From contig CAVUKB010000005.1 in the NCBI GenBank assembly GCA_963741955.1, positions 736,001-800,000 on the forward strand: a stretch of 64,000 nucleotides of DNA. The letters are read 5' to 3'. Both the position numbers and the translations under genes were made by a program. The stretch is from an uncultured Acidobacteriota bacterium. Its GTDB lineage: Bacteria > Acidobacteriota > Thermoanaerobaculia > Gp7-AA8. The notes under the pieces were generated by a model that was given only the letters and a program-made list of their open reading frames with translations, did not search any database and was not told the origin of the DNA. This document shows, piece after piece, positions 9,040 to 19,355 of the stretch (its first letter is position 1; each line of letters begins with the position of its first letter).

Positions 9040-10569
9040 TCAGTGAACATCCCATTTAGGTGCAGTTGTACTTTTTTGACCCAGCTCCTCGCGCCGCCGA
9101 TACAGCGTCTTCCGGTCCACTCCCAGGATCCTCGCCGCCAGCGACATGTTGCCTTTCGTATGTTCCAGCACACGCATGATGTACTCCGCTTCGACGTCGC
9201 GGAGCGGAGGGAACTCGTCTCCCGTCCCGGGGAGATTTCCCGATCCCGCCCCCTGGTCCGGCAGGAGGAGGTCCCCGACGTCAATCACCGGATCGGTGGT
9301 CAGCGCCAGCGCCCCCTCGATCAGATTCTCCAGCTCCCGCACATTCCCGGGAAACGAGTATCGCATCAATTTCTGCAGTGCCTCGGGTGAGATCTTCACC
9401 CCGGCCAGCCCTTCCCTCTTCGAATACTTCTCGAGGAAATGCCGGACCAGCTTCGGAATGTCTTCTCGCCGGTCGCGCAGCGGCGGCAGCACGATCTCCA
9501 CCACCTTGAGCCGGTAGTAGAGATCCTGACGGAACTCGCCCGTCTCGATCATCTCTTCGAGATCGCGATGGGTGGCTGCGAGGATCCGGACGTCCACCGG
9601 AATCCGCCGGCGTCCGCCGACTTTCTCGATCTCCCGTTCCTGAAGAACGCGAAGGAGCTTCGCCTGCAGAGAAGGTGCGATGTCGCCGATCTCGTCGAGG
9701 AAGACCGTCCCTCCCTGGGCGAGCTCGAACTTCCCCGGTCGGGCTTCGACGCCGGTGGCGACGCCTCTCTCGATGCCGAACAGCTCGGACTCGAGGAGCG
9801 TCTCCGGGAGAGCGGCGCAGTTGATCGCCACGAACGGCTTTTCTTTCCGTGGAGAGTTGGAGTGGATCAGCCGCGCGACCATTTCCTTCCCGGTTCCCGA
9901 TTCGCCGCGGATCAGGACGTTGGCGTGGCTGTCGGCGACGCGCACCATCAGGTCCACCACGCGCTGCATCTTCACCGACTCGCCGATCATCATCCGGTCG
10001 CTGTACTCTCGAAGCATCCGCTCACGAAGGGAACGGTTCTCGTCCTCCAGCGTCTCGCGCACGAGGTTCAGGCGATAGAAGTTCCGGGCGTTGTCCACCG
10101 CGGCCGCACCGATCGAGGCGAGCGATTCGAGGAAGCGAAGATCGTCTTCGCCGAACGTGCCGCTGGCCGCGCCTCGCTCTTCCTTCCCCACCATCGCGAT
10201 CGCCCCGACCAGTCGTTCACCTGCAATCATCGGCGCGACGATCGCGGAGCCGGCGCGTCGTCCCAGCATGGCCGGAACGAACGCTTCGAACGAAGTGCGA
10301 CCGGTCAGGACCCGGCGGACGATCTCTTCGTCGAGGATCTCCTTCGGCTCGGGAATGTCGATCCCCACCGTGAACACCTGTGCGATGTGAAGCGCCTCGT
10401 CGAGGGAGAAGACGAATCCGAAGCTCGCATCGAGAATTGCGATGGCGCGCTGCACCATCTCCTCGAGGAGCTGCTCCTCGGGACGGAGCGTGCCGAGTGC
10501 CCGGCTGACGTCGAGGAGAGCCTCGAGCTGCAGCAGTTTCCGTCTGGCCTCGAAATTCGATTGTGCCAT
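9040..10569 (-). CDS. GAF-domain sigma54-dependent transcriptional activator (bEBP, Fis-type HTH)
   Basis: GESGTGKE Walker A, LLESELFG, GVATGV in place of GAFTGA, FLDEIGD, QAKLLRVLQE, FPGNVRELEN, AARILGVDRKTLYRR. Confidence 0.92.
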   Translation of the reverse strand: MAQSNFEARRKLLQLEALLDVSRALGTLRPEEQLLEEMVQRAIAILDASFGFVFSLDEALHIAQVFTVGIDIPEPKEILDEEIVRRVLTGRTSFEAFVPAMLGRRAGSAIVAPMIAGERLVGAIAMVGKEERGAASGTFGEDDLRFLESLASIGAAAVDNARNFYRLNLVRETLEDENRSLRERMLREYSDRMMIGESVKMQRVVDLMVRVADSHANVLIRGESGTGKEMVARLIHSNSPRKEKPFVAINCAALPETLLESELFGIERGVATGVEARPGKFELAQGGTVFLDEIGDIAPSLQAKLLRVLQEREIEKVGGRRRIPVDVRILAATHRDLEEMIETGEFRQDLYYRLKVVEIVLPPLRDRREDIPKLVRHFLEKYSKREGLAGVKISPEALQKLMRYSFPGNVRELENLIEGALALTTDPVIDVGDLLLPDQGAGSGNLPGTGDEFPPLRDVEAEYIMRVLEHTKGNMSLAARILGVDRKTLYRRREELGQKSTTAPKWDVH

Positions 10570-10618
10570 GCAGCGGCGCTCCGGGGCATCGGGTGAATGA
10601 TCCCCGCTCGCCCTCCTC

Positions 10619-11026
10619 TCAACCCTTCCCCATCGCCCGGCGGCATTCACCGAGCAGGATGTCGCAGTTCCATGAGTCGTAGAAGATCGGATCCATCTCG
10701 TAGATCTGCATCAGCCGCCCCGCGGCTCGCTTCCAATCCTTCAGCATCATCTCCGAACGGGCGGCGAAATAAATAGACCGGATCGTCACCGGATCGGGAA
10801 GGTTCTTTGCGGCGATCCCGGAAAAGAGCGTCTGCGCCTCGGAAAAATTGCGGCTGCGATAGGCGCACTGCGCGCGGGTGTAGTCGCTCACCGGACTGCG
10901 ACAGACCATCCGGGCGACCCGGTCCCGGAGAACGGTGGGATGCGGAGCCGGCTCGGCCGCGCTTCCGGACGACGGCACGGCCGCAGAGCAGATCGCCACC
11001 GTCGCGATCACCCACGCCCTCTTCAT
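10619..11026 (-). CDS. Secreted TPR-like small protein
   Basis: Signal peptide MKRAWVIATVAICSAAV; helical YxxA..Y..NFxEA and YFAARSE repeats; start inferred inside a longer ORF. Confidence 0.6.
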   Translation of the reverse strand: MKRAWVIATVAICSAAVPSSGSAAEPAPHPTVLRDRVARMVCRSPVSDYTRAQCAYRSRNFSEAQTLFSGIAAKNLPDPVTIRSIYFAARSEMMLKDWKRAAGRLMQIYEMDPIFYDSWNCDILLGECRRAMGKG

Positions 11027-11152
11027 ACGGAACGCCACGTTGGTAGTTTCCACTCCCGCAGGACAAAGTGCAACTCGGATTTTTTTTCGCCTCTCCCGCA
11101 GGAGTCGCAGCCCTTGCGCGCCGGCGCTTCCCGGCCGACAATCGGAGCTCCG

Positions 11153-12004
11153 ATGGCAGATTCCACCCCTGACCCCAGAATCCTCGGCATTATTGGAGGC
11201 GGTCGCGCGGCCTGGGCGTTCGGTTCCCACTGGCCGCGGGAGCAACTCGGAGGGATCGCGCTGCGCGCCGAGTCGAAGAGCCATCTCCCGGAAATGCTCG
11301 GCACCTCGCGGAAGACGATTCCGGAGCTGACCGGACGCTCGGAGATCGTTCTCGTCGCAGTGAGCGACGACGCCGTGCCCACCGTCGCCGCGGAAGTGGC
11401 GCGCGTCGCAGCCCCGGAACAGATCCTTTTCCACGCGAGCGGCTCACTGACCAGCGACGTCTTCGCCGGGCACGCTCGAGCATTTTCTCTTCATCCGCTC
11501 CGATCCCTTCCGCCGCCGGGCGTTCCGTTCGACTTCTCCGGCACGCTCTTCGTGTTCGAAGGACCTTTGGAAACCGAAGCCGGCGCGAAGGGTCTCGTCG
11601 AGCGCTTCGGCGGGCGCATGCTGAGGATCGAAAAGCAGCAGAAGGCGCTGTATCACGCCGCGGCGGTATACGCGGCCAATTTCACCGGAGCAATGCTGGA
11701 GATCTGTTCCGAGCTCCTCGAGGAGGCAGGCCTTCCTCGAGAGGAACTGACCCCCGACGTGGCGCGGCTCGCAGAATCCGCAATCGCGAACTGGAGCGGG
11801 AGTGCTGCAGGGAAGGGATTCACCGGTCCCGCGATCCGGGGAGATGCGAGCGTCGTCGAACGGCACATCGAGGTCCTCGCTGCGGATCCCGGAAAGCGGG
11901 AGATCTACCGGCTGGTGTCGATGGAGATCCTCCGCTCAGCCATCGCGACCGGCGACCACCTCGAGCTGCAGAAGCTTCTCGATCGGCTCGAGACTCGAGG
12001 CTAG
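11153..12004 (+). CDS. Rossmann-like + DUF2520 domain oxidoreductase
   Basis: GIIGGGRA, LVAVSDDA, HASGS, SLHPL, YHAAAV..AN, TGPAIRGD..V..H motifs. Confidence 0.85.
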   Translation: MADSTPDPRILGIIGGGRAAWAFGSHWPREQLGGIALRAESKSHLPEMLGTSRKTIPELTGRSEIVLVAVSDDAVPTVAAEVARVAAPEQILFHASGSLTSDVFAGHARAFSLHPLRSLPPPGVPFDFSGTLFVFEGPLETEAGAKGLVERFGGRMLRIEKQQKALYHAAAVYAANFTGAMLEICSELLEEAGLPREELTPDVARLAESAIANWSGSAAGKGFTGPAIRGDASVVERHIEVLAADPGKREIYRLVSMEILRSAIATGDHLELQKLLDRLETRG

Positions 12005-12021
12005 AGACTCGAGGCTCGATC

Positions 12022-12105
12022 TTAGATTCTCGATTCTCGATTCTCGATTCTCGATCCCAGATCCTCGATCCTCGATCCTCGATGTCTTTCGATGTCTTTC
12101 GATTT
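12022..12105 (+). repeat. Heptamer tandem array (TTCTCGA/TCCTCGA, TGTCTTTCGA)
   Basis: Directly visible intergenic tandem units. Confidence 0.9.
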
Positions 12106-12106
12106 C

Positions 12107-12136
12107 TTGACCCTTTTTTCGAGCGGATGCTACCAT
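12107..12136 (+). promoter_or_regulatory. Putative sigma70 promoter of the mglA-like gene
   Basis: TTGACC-18 nt-TACCAT with extended TGn, 40 nt before the ATG. Confidence 0.55.
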
Positions 12137-12176
12137 CGCGCTCTGTTATTTTAAAAGAGGCTGGAACCTTCAAAAC

Positions 12177-13427
12177 ATGGTGTTCTTCAATTACGCGACG
12201 ATGCAGATGGCCGCGAAGATCGTTTACTACGGTCCGGGGCTCTGCGGGAAGACGACCAATCTTCACCACATCTATTCGAAGACGTCGCCTCAGGGTCGCG
12301 GTGAGATGGTCAGCCTCGAGACAGAGACGGACCGGACTCTGTTTTTCGATCTCCTCCCGCTCGAAGTCGGTGTGATCGGCGGCTTCAAGACCCGTCTGCA
12401 GCTCTACACGGTTCCGGGACAGGTGTTCTACAACACCACCCGCAAACTGGTGCTCAAAGGAGCGGACGGGATCGTCTTCGTCGCGGACTCACAGCGGGCA
12501 ATGGCGGACGCGAACGTCGAGAGTCTGAAGAACCTCAGAGAGAATCTCAAAGAGATCGGGTTGAATCTCGACGAGATGCCGATGGTGATTCAGCTGAACA
12601 AGCGCGATCTCCCGAACGCGATGCCTCCCGCGGAGATCCTCCGCCTGCTCGATCCCGATGCGCGGTGGGATTCGGTCGAGGCGGTCGCGGTGAAAGGAGA
12701 AGGAGTCTTCGAGACGCTCAAGACGGTCTCGAAGCTCACGCTCCGCACCATCCGCCAGAGGATGGCCGGTGACGATACGGCGCGACCTGCCGCACCACCC
12801 GCTGCCGGCCGTGCGGTGCTGAAGGTCATCTCGGAGTCGTCGCAGGCGCGGCCTCAGGAAGTCTCTCCGGCGCGCACCATCTCGGTGCCGAACCCACTCG
12901 CCTCCCCTCCTCCCCAGGAGACTTCGCCCGCGGGCGCGGCGACGCCGCACGAAGCGAAACCGGCAGCTGACGAACCGCCGATGCACCTGGTCGAAAATGA
13001 AGCGGCGTCCCATGCGGAGTCGGCGACGGCCACGATGGAAGCGGCTCGGCCGGAGCCTGACGTCGACTTCGCACACGAAGAGAAGGAACCGGCCGCAAAG
13101 GAATCCGACGTCAAGCACGTCCGGGTCCGGTCGTCGGTCGACATCATGGCGGAGCTCGAGCAGCTGCGGAAGAAAGCGACCCAGGCCGCACCGCGGTCCA
13201 GACGGGGCGAGGTCGACCTCGATTCGCTCATGCATCCGCGACGCGAGGTGCACAAGAGTTTCCCGGTCCAGGCGGCTCCCGGAACCAGAACGGTGCGCGT
13301 GAGCGTGGCGTTCGAGGACCAGAACGGCGAGACGATCGGACAGGACGAGAGCTCCTGGGCGGTGGACTCATCCGAAGTGGAGACTTTGCTGGTAAACTTG
13401 AAGGCGAATCTCGGTTCCGATTCCTGA
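12177..13427 (+). CDS. mglA: MglA-family small GTPase with a ~220-aa C-terminal extension
   Basis: KIVYYGPGLCGKTTNL, ETDRTLFFD, LYTVPGQVFYN, VADSQ, NKRDLP; then a Pro/Ala/Glu-rich linker and a C-terminal domain. Confidence 0.88.
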   Translation: MVFFNYATMQMAAKIVYYGPGLCGKTTNLHHIYSKTSPQGRGEMVSLETETDRTLFFDLLPLEVGVIGGFKTRLQLYTVPGQVFYNTTRKLVLKGADGIVFVADSQRAMADANVESLKNLRENLKEIGLNLDEMPMVIQLNKRDLPNAMPPAEILRLLDPDARWDSVEAVAVKGEGVFETLKTVSKLTLRTIRQRMAGDDTARPAAPPAAGRAVLKVISESSQARPQEVSPARTISVPNPLASPPPQETSPAGAATPHEAKPAADEPPMHLVENEAASHAESATATMEAARPEPDVDFAHEEKEPAAKESDVKHVRVRSSVDIMAELEQLRKKATQAAPRSRRGEVDLDSLMHPRREVHKSFPVQAAPGTRTVRVSVAFEDQNGETIGQDESSWAVDSSEVETLLVNLKANLGSDS

Positions 13428-13492
13428 GGTCCGTCGATCGACGAAATCATGACCGCTGGCGGGAGCCAGCCGAAACGGGTTGGGGGTGAAGG

Positions 13493-14863
13493 GTGAAAAG
13501 AGCTCGCTGGGTAGTGCTGGCGCTCTCGTGGACGGCGTTCGCCTGTGCGACCGCTCCGGTTTCGACCAGAACCGTACCCCACTCTCCTCCGACACCCTCC
13601 GTTTCCCACGCTGATCTCTCGCCGGACGACATGATCCGCTACCGGAAAGATCTCGAGGACGCATACGAGAGGATCCTCGCGCGTACCGGCGGAACCGCAC
13701 AACCGACGCTCGCCGACGCAGACGCCGCACTCTCGATCGACATCCCGGACCATCGCACCATCAACGGTGCGCTCGACTACTTCTCCACCGATCTGCACGA
13801 CAGCATTCAGGCTTCGCTGTATCGCGCCGCGCGGTACAGGAAGATGATCGATCGGGTGCTCGATCAGGAGCATCTCCCGCGGGGTCTCGCCTATCTTCCG
13901 GTGATCGAGAGCGCGTACATGCCGACGCTCACCTCGCGTGCGGGGGCACGCGGAATCTGGCAGCTGATGCCCGACACCGCACGCGAGCTCGGACTCCGCG
14001 TCGACTGGTGGGTCGACGAACGCTGTGATCCCGAACAGTCGACCCGGGCCGCCGCAGTATACCTTCGCCGTCTCTACGATTCCTTCGGCGACTGGCCGCT
14101 CGTCCTCGCTGCCTACAACGCCGGCCCCGGACGGATTCAGCGCGCACTCGACCAGACCGGATCCTCGACGTTCTGGCAGCTTCTCGATCAGGCTGCGATT
14201 CCGAAGGAGACGCGCGGCTACGTTCCGACCTTCTTCGCCACTCTGCTCATCGTCAGCGATCCCTCCGCGCGGGGATTCGAGCTGATCGACGACGCACCGG
14301 ATCTTCGCCGTCCGGTCACCGTCGAAGGGCCAGTGACTCTCGGCTACGTCGCGTCGGTCGCCGGCAGCGATCCTCGCGATCTGGAGGAGATGAACCCCGC
14401 ACTCCGCCACGGCATCGTCCCTCCCGGCAAGCAGACCATCTTCGTCCCTCCTTCCGCCGTTCCCGCCGTCGCGCAGCAGGCCTCCACACTGCACAACGAC
14501 GACCCGAACCTTCCCGTCGCGACGTTCACCCTCCGCCGCCACGACTCACTCGCATCTCTCGCCCGCCGTCTGAAGGTGAGCCCCCAGGAGATCGTCGCGA
14601 TGAACGGAGGATCCGCTGCTCCCGGCCAGTCGATCTATCTCCCGGTGACCCAGCGCCGCCTCTCCGAGCTTCTCTCCGGGCCTCCCGCCGAGACGCTCTA
14701 CACCGTGACCTCGGGCGACACGCTCTACTCGATCGCCCGGCGGCACGGGCTGAAGGTCGAAGAGCTGATGGACCTCAACCAGCTCGGCGGCTCCACCACG
14801 ATCCATCCGGGCGACCGGCTGCGCGTCACCACCGGCCAGACGCTGACCGCCGGCGCACGCTGA
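13493..14863 (+). CDS. Lytic transglycosylase with LysM domains (MltD-like lipoprotein)
   Basis: Lipobox-like AFAC, VIESAY, GIWQLMP.TA, LAAYNAG, ETRGYV; LysM YTVTSGDTLYSIARR. Confidence 0.9.
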   Translation: MKRARWVVLALSWTAFACATAPVSTRTVPHSPPTPSVSHADLSPDDMIRYRKDLEDAYERILARTGGTAQPTLADADAALSIDIPDHRTINGALDYFSTDLHDSIQASLYRAARYRKMIDRVLDQEHLPRGLAYLPVIESAYMPTLTSRAGARGIWQLMPDTARELGLRVDWWVDERCDPEQSTRAAAVYLRRLYDSFGDWPLVLAAYNAGPGRIQRALDQTGSSTFWQLLDQAAIPKETRGYVPTFFATLLIVSDPSARGFELIDDAPDLRRPVTVEGPVTLGYVASVAGSDPRDLEEMNPALRHGIVPPGKQTIFVPPSAVPAVAQQASTLHNDDPNLPVATFTLRRHDSLASLARRLKVSPQEIVAMNGGSAAPGQSIYLPVTQRRLSELLSGPPAETLYTVTSGDTLYSIARRHGLKVEELMDLNQLGGSTTIHPGDRLRVTTGQTLTAGAR

Positions 14864-14868
14864 AGGCA

Positions 14869-15067
14869 TCTGTTATCTGTTATCTGTTATCTGTTATCGA
14901 TCCTCGATCCTCGATCCTCGATCCTCGATGCCTTTCAGATCCTCGATCCTCGATCCTCGATGCCTTTCAGATCCTCGATCCTCGATCCTCGATGCCTTTC
15001 AGATCCTCGATCCTCGATCCTCGATCCTCGATGCCTTTCAGATCCTCGATGCCTTTCAGATCCTCGA
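14869..15067 (+). repeat. Higher-order tandem array: (TCTGTTA)4 then (TCCTCGA)n runs separated by TGCCTTTCAGA
   Basis: TCCTCGA run lengths 4,3,3,4,1,1; the array ends 17 nt before a TATACT -10 box upstream of ileS. Confidence 0.95.
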
Positions 15068-15163
15068 TAATCCACGCCTCCTTGTATACTCGCGAGCCAT
15101 TCGGCGTGATGAAATGCGCCGGGCTCCCGACGAGGTTCCGCGATTCACGAGGTTGAGAACACG

Positions 15164-17953
15164 ATGGCTGAGAAGAACGACTGGAAAAAAACGCTGAATC
15201 TCCCGCAGACCTCCTTCTCCATGAAGGCGAATCTCCCGCAGAACGAGCCGAAGCGGCTCGAAGAGTGGGAGGCGTCGGACCTCTACGGGCAGATCCGCAG
15301 CCGGTTCGACGGACGTCCGAAGTTCGTCCTGCACGACGGACCACCGTACGCGAACGGGCGGATTCACACCGGCCACGCGCTGAACAAGGTTCTCAAGGAC
15401 TTCGTGGTGAAGTCGCGAACCATGATGGGATTCGACTCCCCGTACGTCCCGGGATGGGACTGTCACGGTCTTCCGATCGAACTGCAGGTGGACAAGGAGC
15501 TCGGAGCGAAGAAGCGCGAGATGGCTCCCGCCGATTTCCGGCGCGTCTGCCGGGAATCCGCCGGCAAGTACATCGACATCCAGCGCGACGAGTTCAAGCG
15601 GCTCGGCGTCTTCGGCGACTGGGCCAATCCGTACGCGACGATGTCCTACCACTACGAAGCGACGATCGCCGAGTCCCTCGGCCGCTTCTTCAAGAGCGGC
15701 AACGTCTTCAAAGGACTCAAACCGGTGCACTGGTGCACCAGCTGCCAGACGGCACTGGCGGAAGCGGAAGTGGAGTACGACGAGCACACCTCGCCGTCGG
15801 TCTACGTCCGGTTTCCCCTCACCGCCGCCACGGCGGAGACGCTCGGTATTCCAGGCGACATCCCCTCGTATGCGGTGATCTGGACCACCACTCCGTGGAC
15901 GCTCCCGGCCAACCTCGCCATTGCGGTGCGTCCTTCGTACGAGTATTCGGTCGTGAAACGTGGAGACGGCTACTTCATCGTCGCCACCGAGCTGCTCGAA
16001 CAGGTCGCTCCGAAGTTCGGGTGGGACGAACCGCACGTGGTCTCGAGCATCAAGGGACGCGCGTTCGACCGGCTCACCTACCGCCATCCCTTCATCGATC
16101 GGGAAGGGATCTTCGTGCTCGGCGAGCACGTGACGCTCGACGCCGGTACCGGTCTGGTCCACACCGCGCCGGGTCATGGTGCCGAGGACTATCTCGTCGG
16201 TCAGGAGTACGGGCTTCCGGTGTTCACTCCGGTGAACCACCGGGGAGAGTTCACCGATGATGTCCCGGAGTGGGAAGGTATTCAGGTCTTCAAGGCGAAT
16301 CAGAGCATCGTCGACAGGATGCAGGAGAACGGATCACTGCTCGCTCACGAGAGGATCAGCCATTCGTACCCTCACTGCTGGCGCTGCAAGAATCCGGTGA
16401 TCTTCCGGGCGACGGAGCAGTGGTTCATCAGCATGGATGACCACGGGCTGCGCGAGGCGGCGATCGAGCAGATCCGAAAGGTGCGCTGGCTTCCCGCCTG
16501 GGGGCGCGAGCGGATCGAAGGGATGGTCGAGAACCGCCCGGACTGGTGCATCTCGCGCCAGCGGTTGTGGGGCGTACCGATCACGGTGCTGTTCTGCGAA
16601 GAGTGCAACGAGACGATCTCCGACCGCGACTTTTTCGACCGGGTGGTCGCGATCTTCGAGAAGGAAGGGGCGGACGCCTGGTTCGAGCGTCCGGCTACCG
16701 ACTTCCTCGCGGAGGGCCGCAGCTGCAGTCAGTGCGGCGGAAGGAACTTCCGGAAGGAGAGCGACATCCTGGACGTCTGGTTCGACTCGGGGTGCTCGCA
16801 CGAAGCGGTGCTCAAAGCGCGTCCCGAGCTGACCTGGCCGGCCGCGATGTACCTCGAGGGGCACGACCAGCATCGCGGCTGGTTCCAGTCATCGCTTCTG
16901 GTCGGAACCGGAATCGAGGGAGCGGCGCCGTACCAGCAGGTGATCACCCACGGGTTCGTCGTCGACGAGAGCGGGCGCAAGATGTCGAAGTCGATCGGCA
17001 ACGTCATCTCGCCCCAGGACCTCATCAAGCACCACGGCGCCGACATCCTCCGGATGTGGGTGGCGATGATCGACTACCGCGACGACATGGCGCTCAGTCC
17101 GGAGATCATCTCGCGGATCGCGGAGGCGTACCGGAAGATCCGGAACACGGCTCGCTATCTTCTGGCCAACCTGAGCGACTTCGATCCGTCGAAGGATGCC
17201 GTTCCTTTCGAGAAGATGACCGATCTCGACCAGTGGGCCGTGGCGCGTGCCGAGGAGACCTTCGCGCGCTGTTTGAAGGCGTACGAAGAATTCGATTTTC
17301 ACGTGGTCTACCACCGGGTGCTCGATCTCTGCACGGTGGACCTCTCCTCGATCTATCTCGACGTCCAGAAGGACACCCTCTACACGGAGGCGGCGGATTC
17401 GCACCTCCGGCGCTCGGCGCAGAGCGCGATGTACGTCATCGTGAAGGGTCTCACCTCGATGATCGCGCCGATCGTCTCCTTCACCGCGGACGAGATCTAC
17501 GCAGCGATCCCGGGCGAGCGTGAAGCTTCGGTCCACCTGACGGAATTTCCGAAGCCCACCGGAGCCTCGTTGCCGGCCGGAAAGCGCGAGACCTGGTCGC
17601 GGCTTCTGGAACTGCGGGAATCGGCGACCAGAGTGCTGGAGAAGTCACGTGCGGCAGGAGTGATCGGACAGTCGCTCGCTGCGGATGTGGTGCTGACCGG
17701 ACGTTTCGACGACTCCTCACTGCGAGCCGGAGTCGACGTCGATCTGGCGAAGCTCTTCATCGTCTCCCACGTCGACGTCGATCACGAGAGCGAAGCCTCC
17801 GATCTGGAGCCGGTCGAGATCGACGGAGTGGGCAAGGTCGGAATCGTGGTGCGGCCGGCGCGAGGCGGAAAGTGTGCCCGTTGCTGGCAGTACCGGGAGG
17901 AAGTGACCGAAGAGGGTCAGATCTGCGCGCGGTGCCGGGCGATCGTCGCCTGA
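15164..17953 (+). CDS. ileS: Isoleucine--tRNA ligase (type 1)
   Basis: [48 protein letters not shown]-terminal CARCW..CARC zinc finger. Confidence 0.98.
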   Translation: MAEKNDWKKTLNLPQTSFSMKANLPQNEPKRLEEWEASDLYGQIRSRFDGRPKFVLHDGPPYANGRIHTGHALNKVLKDFVVKSRTMMGFDSPYVPGWDCHGLPIELQVDKELGAKKREMAPADFRRVCRESAGKYIDIQRDEFKRLGVFGDWANPYATMSYHYEATIAESLGRFFKSGNVFKGLKPVHWCTSCQTALAEAEVEYDEHTSPSVYVRFPLTAATAETLGIPGDIPSYAVIWTTTPWTLPANLAIAVRPSYEYSVVKRGDGYFIVATELLEQVAPKFGWDEPHVVSSIKGRAFDRLTYRHPFIDREGIFVLGEHVTLDAGTGLVHTAPGHGAEDYLVGQEYGLPVFTPVNHRGEFTDDVPEWEGIQVFKANQSIVDRMQENGSLLAHERISHSYPHCWRCKNPVIFRATEQWFISMDDHGLREAAIEQIRKVRWLPAWGRERIEGMVENRPDWCISRQRLWGVPITVLFCEECNETISDRDFFDRVVAIFEKEGADAWFERPATDFLAEGRSCSQCGGRNFRKESDILDVWFDSGCSHEAVLKARPELTWPAAMYLEGHDQHRGWFQSSLLVGTGIEGAAPYQQVITHGFVVDESGRKMSKSIGNVISPQDLIKHHGADILRMWVAMIDYRDDMALSPEIISRIAEAYRKIRNTARYLLANLSDFDPSKDAVPFEKMTDLDQWAVARAEETFARCLKAYEEFDFHVVYHRVLDLCTVDLSSIYLDVQKDTLYTEAADSHLRRSAQSAMYVIVKGLTSMIAPIVSFTADEIYAAIPGEREASVHLTEFPKPTGASLPAGKRETWSRLLELRESATRVLEKSRAAGVIGQSLAADVVLTGRFDDSSLRAGVDVDLAKLFIVSHVDVDHESEASDLEPVEIDGVGKVGIVVRPARGGKCARCWQYREEVTEEGQICARCRAIVA

Positions 17954-18030
17954 ATCGTCTCCTCGTACGATGTTTGCATTTTCATGTGACGGTTCTACAT
18001 TGAGAATACGAACGATGGATGGAGGACGAT

Positions 18031-18390
18031 GTGAAAACGACCACCAGGATTCAGAAATCAGCGAACAAGCTCACGAAAAAGGCAGGAAAGCAGACGCGTA
18101 ACGTGACGAAGAAAGTTTCGAAGGCGATGAAACCGATCGTCCGCGACGTGAAGGACGCCGCCGCTGAAGTTGCAGAGCGTACCCAGAAGACCACCCGGAA
18201 CGTCCGCAAGGCCGCAACTCCGCCACTCCGTAAGGGCGTGAAGAAGGCGAGCCGAACACTCAAGTCCGCATCCAGCGACGCAGGGAAGGACATCTCGAAG
18301 GGGATGAAGAAGGCCGGCAAGACGCTGCAGTCGGCGCTCAAGAAGGCGGCCTCACGCGGCAAGCGGGCGGCAGTGAAAGCGATGAGCTGA
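18031..18390 (+). CDS. Lys/Ala-rich basic small protein (histone-like composition)
   Basis: GTG start after GGAGG; very K/A/T/R-rich with KKA repeats; putative TTGCAT/TACATT promoter upstream. Confidence 0.75.
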   Translation: MKTTTRIQKSANKLTKKAGKQTRNVTKKVSKAMKPIVRDVKDAAAEVAERTQKTTRNVRKAATPPLRKGVKKASRTLKSASSDAGKDISKGMKKAGKTLQSALKKAASRGKRAAVKAMS

Positions 18391-18485
18391 CCGGCAGCTG
18401 GCTGGACCTGATGATCCCGGTTGCACCGGAACGCTCTTTCGGAATCGCGAAGATCCGGAGCGAAAGGTGAAGGTGTCGAATCCGT

Positions 18486-19313
18486 ATGCGCTCCGCCGAT
18501 CTTCATCTCCACACGACCCACTCGGATGGCGTCCGGACGCCATCCGAGGTCATCGATCTCGCGATCGATGCCGGACTCCGGCTCATCGCGATCAGCGATC
18601 ACGACAGTATCGAAGCGTTCGCTGAGATCTCCGCGTACGCGCAGGAGCGCTCACTGACTCTTCTCCCCGGAGTCGAGCTCTCGGCTGGCTACCGCGGTGC
18701 GGACGTCCATCTTCTCGCCTACGGGTTCGATCCCGGGAACGAGCGGATCGGCGAGCGACTGAGAGAGTTCCGGCGGGTGCGCGCATCGAGAGGCGAGGCA
18801 ATGGTCGACCGCTTGCACGAGATCGGAGTCCCGGTCTCGCGCGAGCGCGTGCGTGAGCTCTGCGGGGAGGGAGCAATGGGCCGGCCGCACGTCGCCCGCG
18901 CTCTGGTCGAATCGGGGGCAGTCTCGTCGGTGGAAGAAGCGTTTCAGCGATATCTCGGTCCCGGCTGCGCCGCCTGGGTCGACAAAGCGCGTTTCGAGAT
19001 CGGCGAGGCGGTCGAGCTGATTCACTCCGGCGGAGGCGTCACTTCGCTCGCGCATCCGACGCTGCTCCCCGACCACCGGCGCCTTGTTCCGGAGATTCTC
19101 GATCTCGGAGTCGATGCGATCGAAGTGATCCATCCGGACGTGGACAAGGGATCGCGGCGGCATTACGAGAGTCTTGCCGCACGACGAGGGCTTCTGATGA
19201 CGGGAGGCTCCGACGATCACGGATTCGAGAACCGGAAGACGATCGGGCGCTTCCGGGTTCCGGACGAGCGCATCGCAGAGCTCCTCGAGCGGATCGAACA
19301 TGAGGCGCCATAG
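18486..19313 (+). CDS. PHP-domain phosphoesterase (TrpH/YciV-like)
   Basis: DLHLHTTHSDG, ISDHD, GVELS, GRPHVA, LAHP, TGGSDDHG. Confidence 0.92.
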   Translation: MRSADLHLHTTHSDGVRTPSEVIDLAIDAGLRLIAISDHDSIEAFAEISAYAQERSLTLLPGVELSAGYRGADVHLLAYGFDPGNERIGERLREFRRVRASRGEAMVDRLHEIGVPVSRERVRELCGEGAMGRPHVARALVESGAVSSVEEAFQRYLGPGCAAWVDKARFEIGEAVELIHSGGGVTSLAHPTLLPDHRRLVPEILDLGVDAIEVIHPDVDKGSRRHYESLAARRGLLMTGGSDDHGFENRKTIGRFRVPDERIAELLERIEHEAP

Positions 19314-19355
19314 CGAGCCCGGAACGTTTTCCCTCCCCTCCCCGTTTCCTGACCC

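Noticed and set aside
14869-15067. Possible CRISPR array
   Set aside because: The units are short tandem repeats without unique spacers, and there are no cas genes; the same applies to 30337-30509.
17963-17978. sigma54-like motif before the basic protein gene (and TGTCACGAACCTGC near 26966)
   Set aside because: The invariant GG at -24 is missing.
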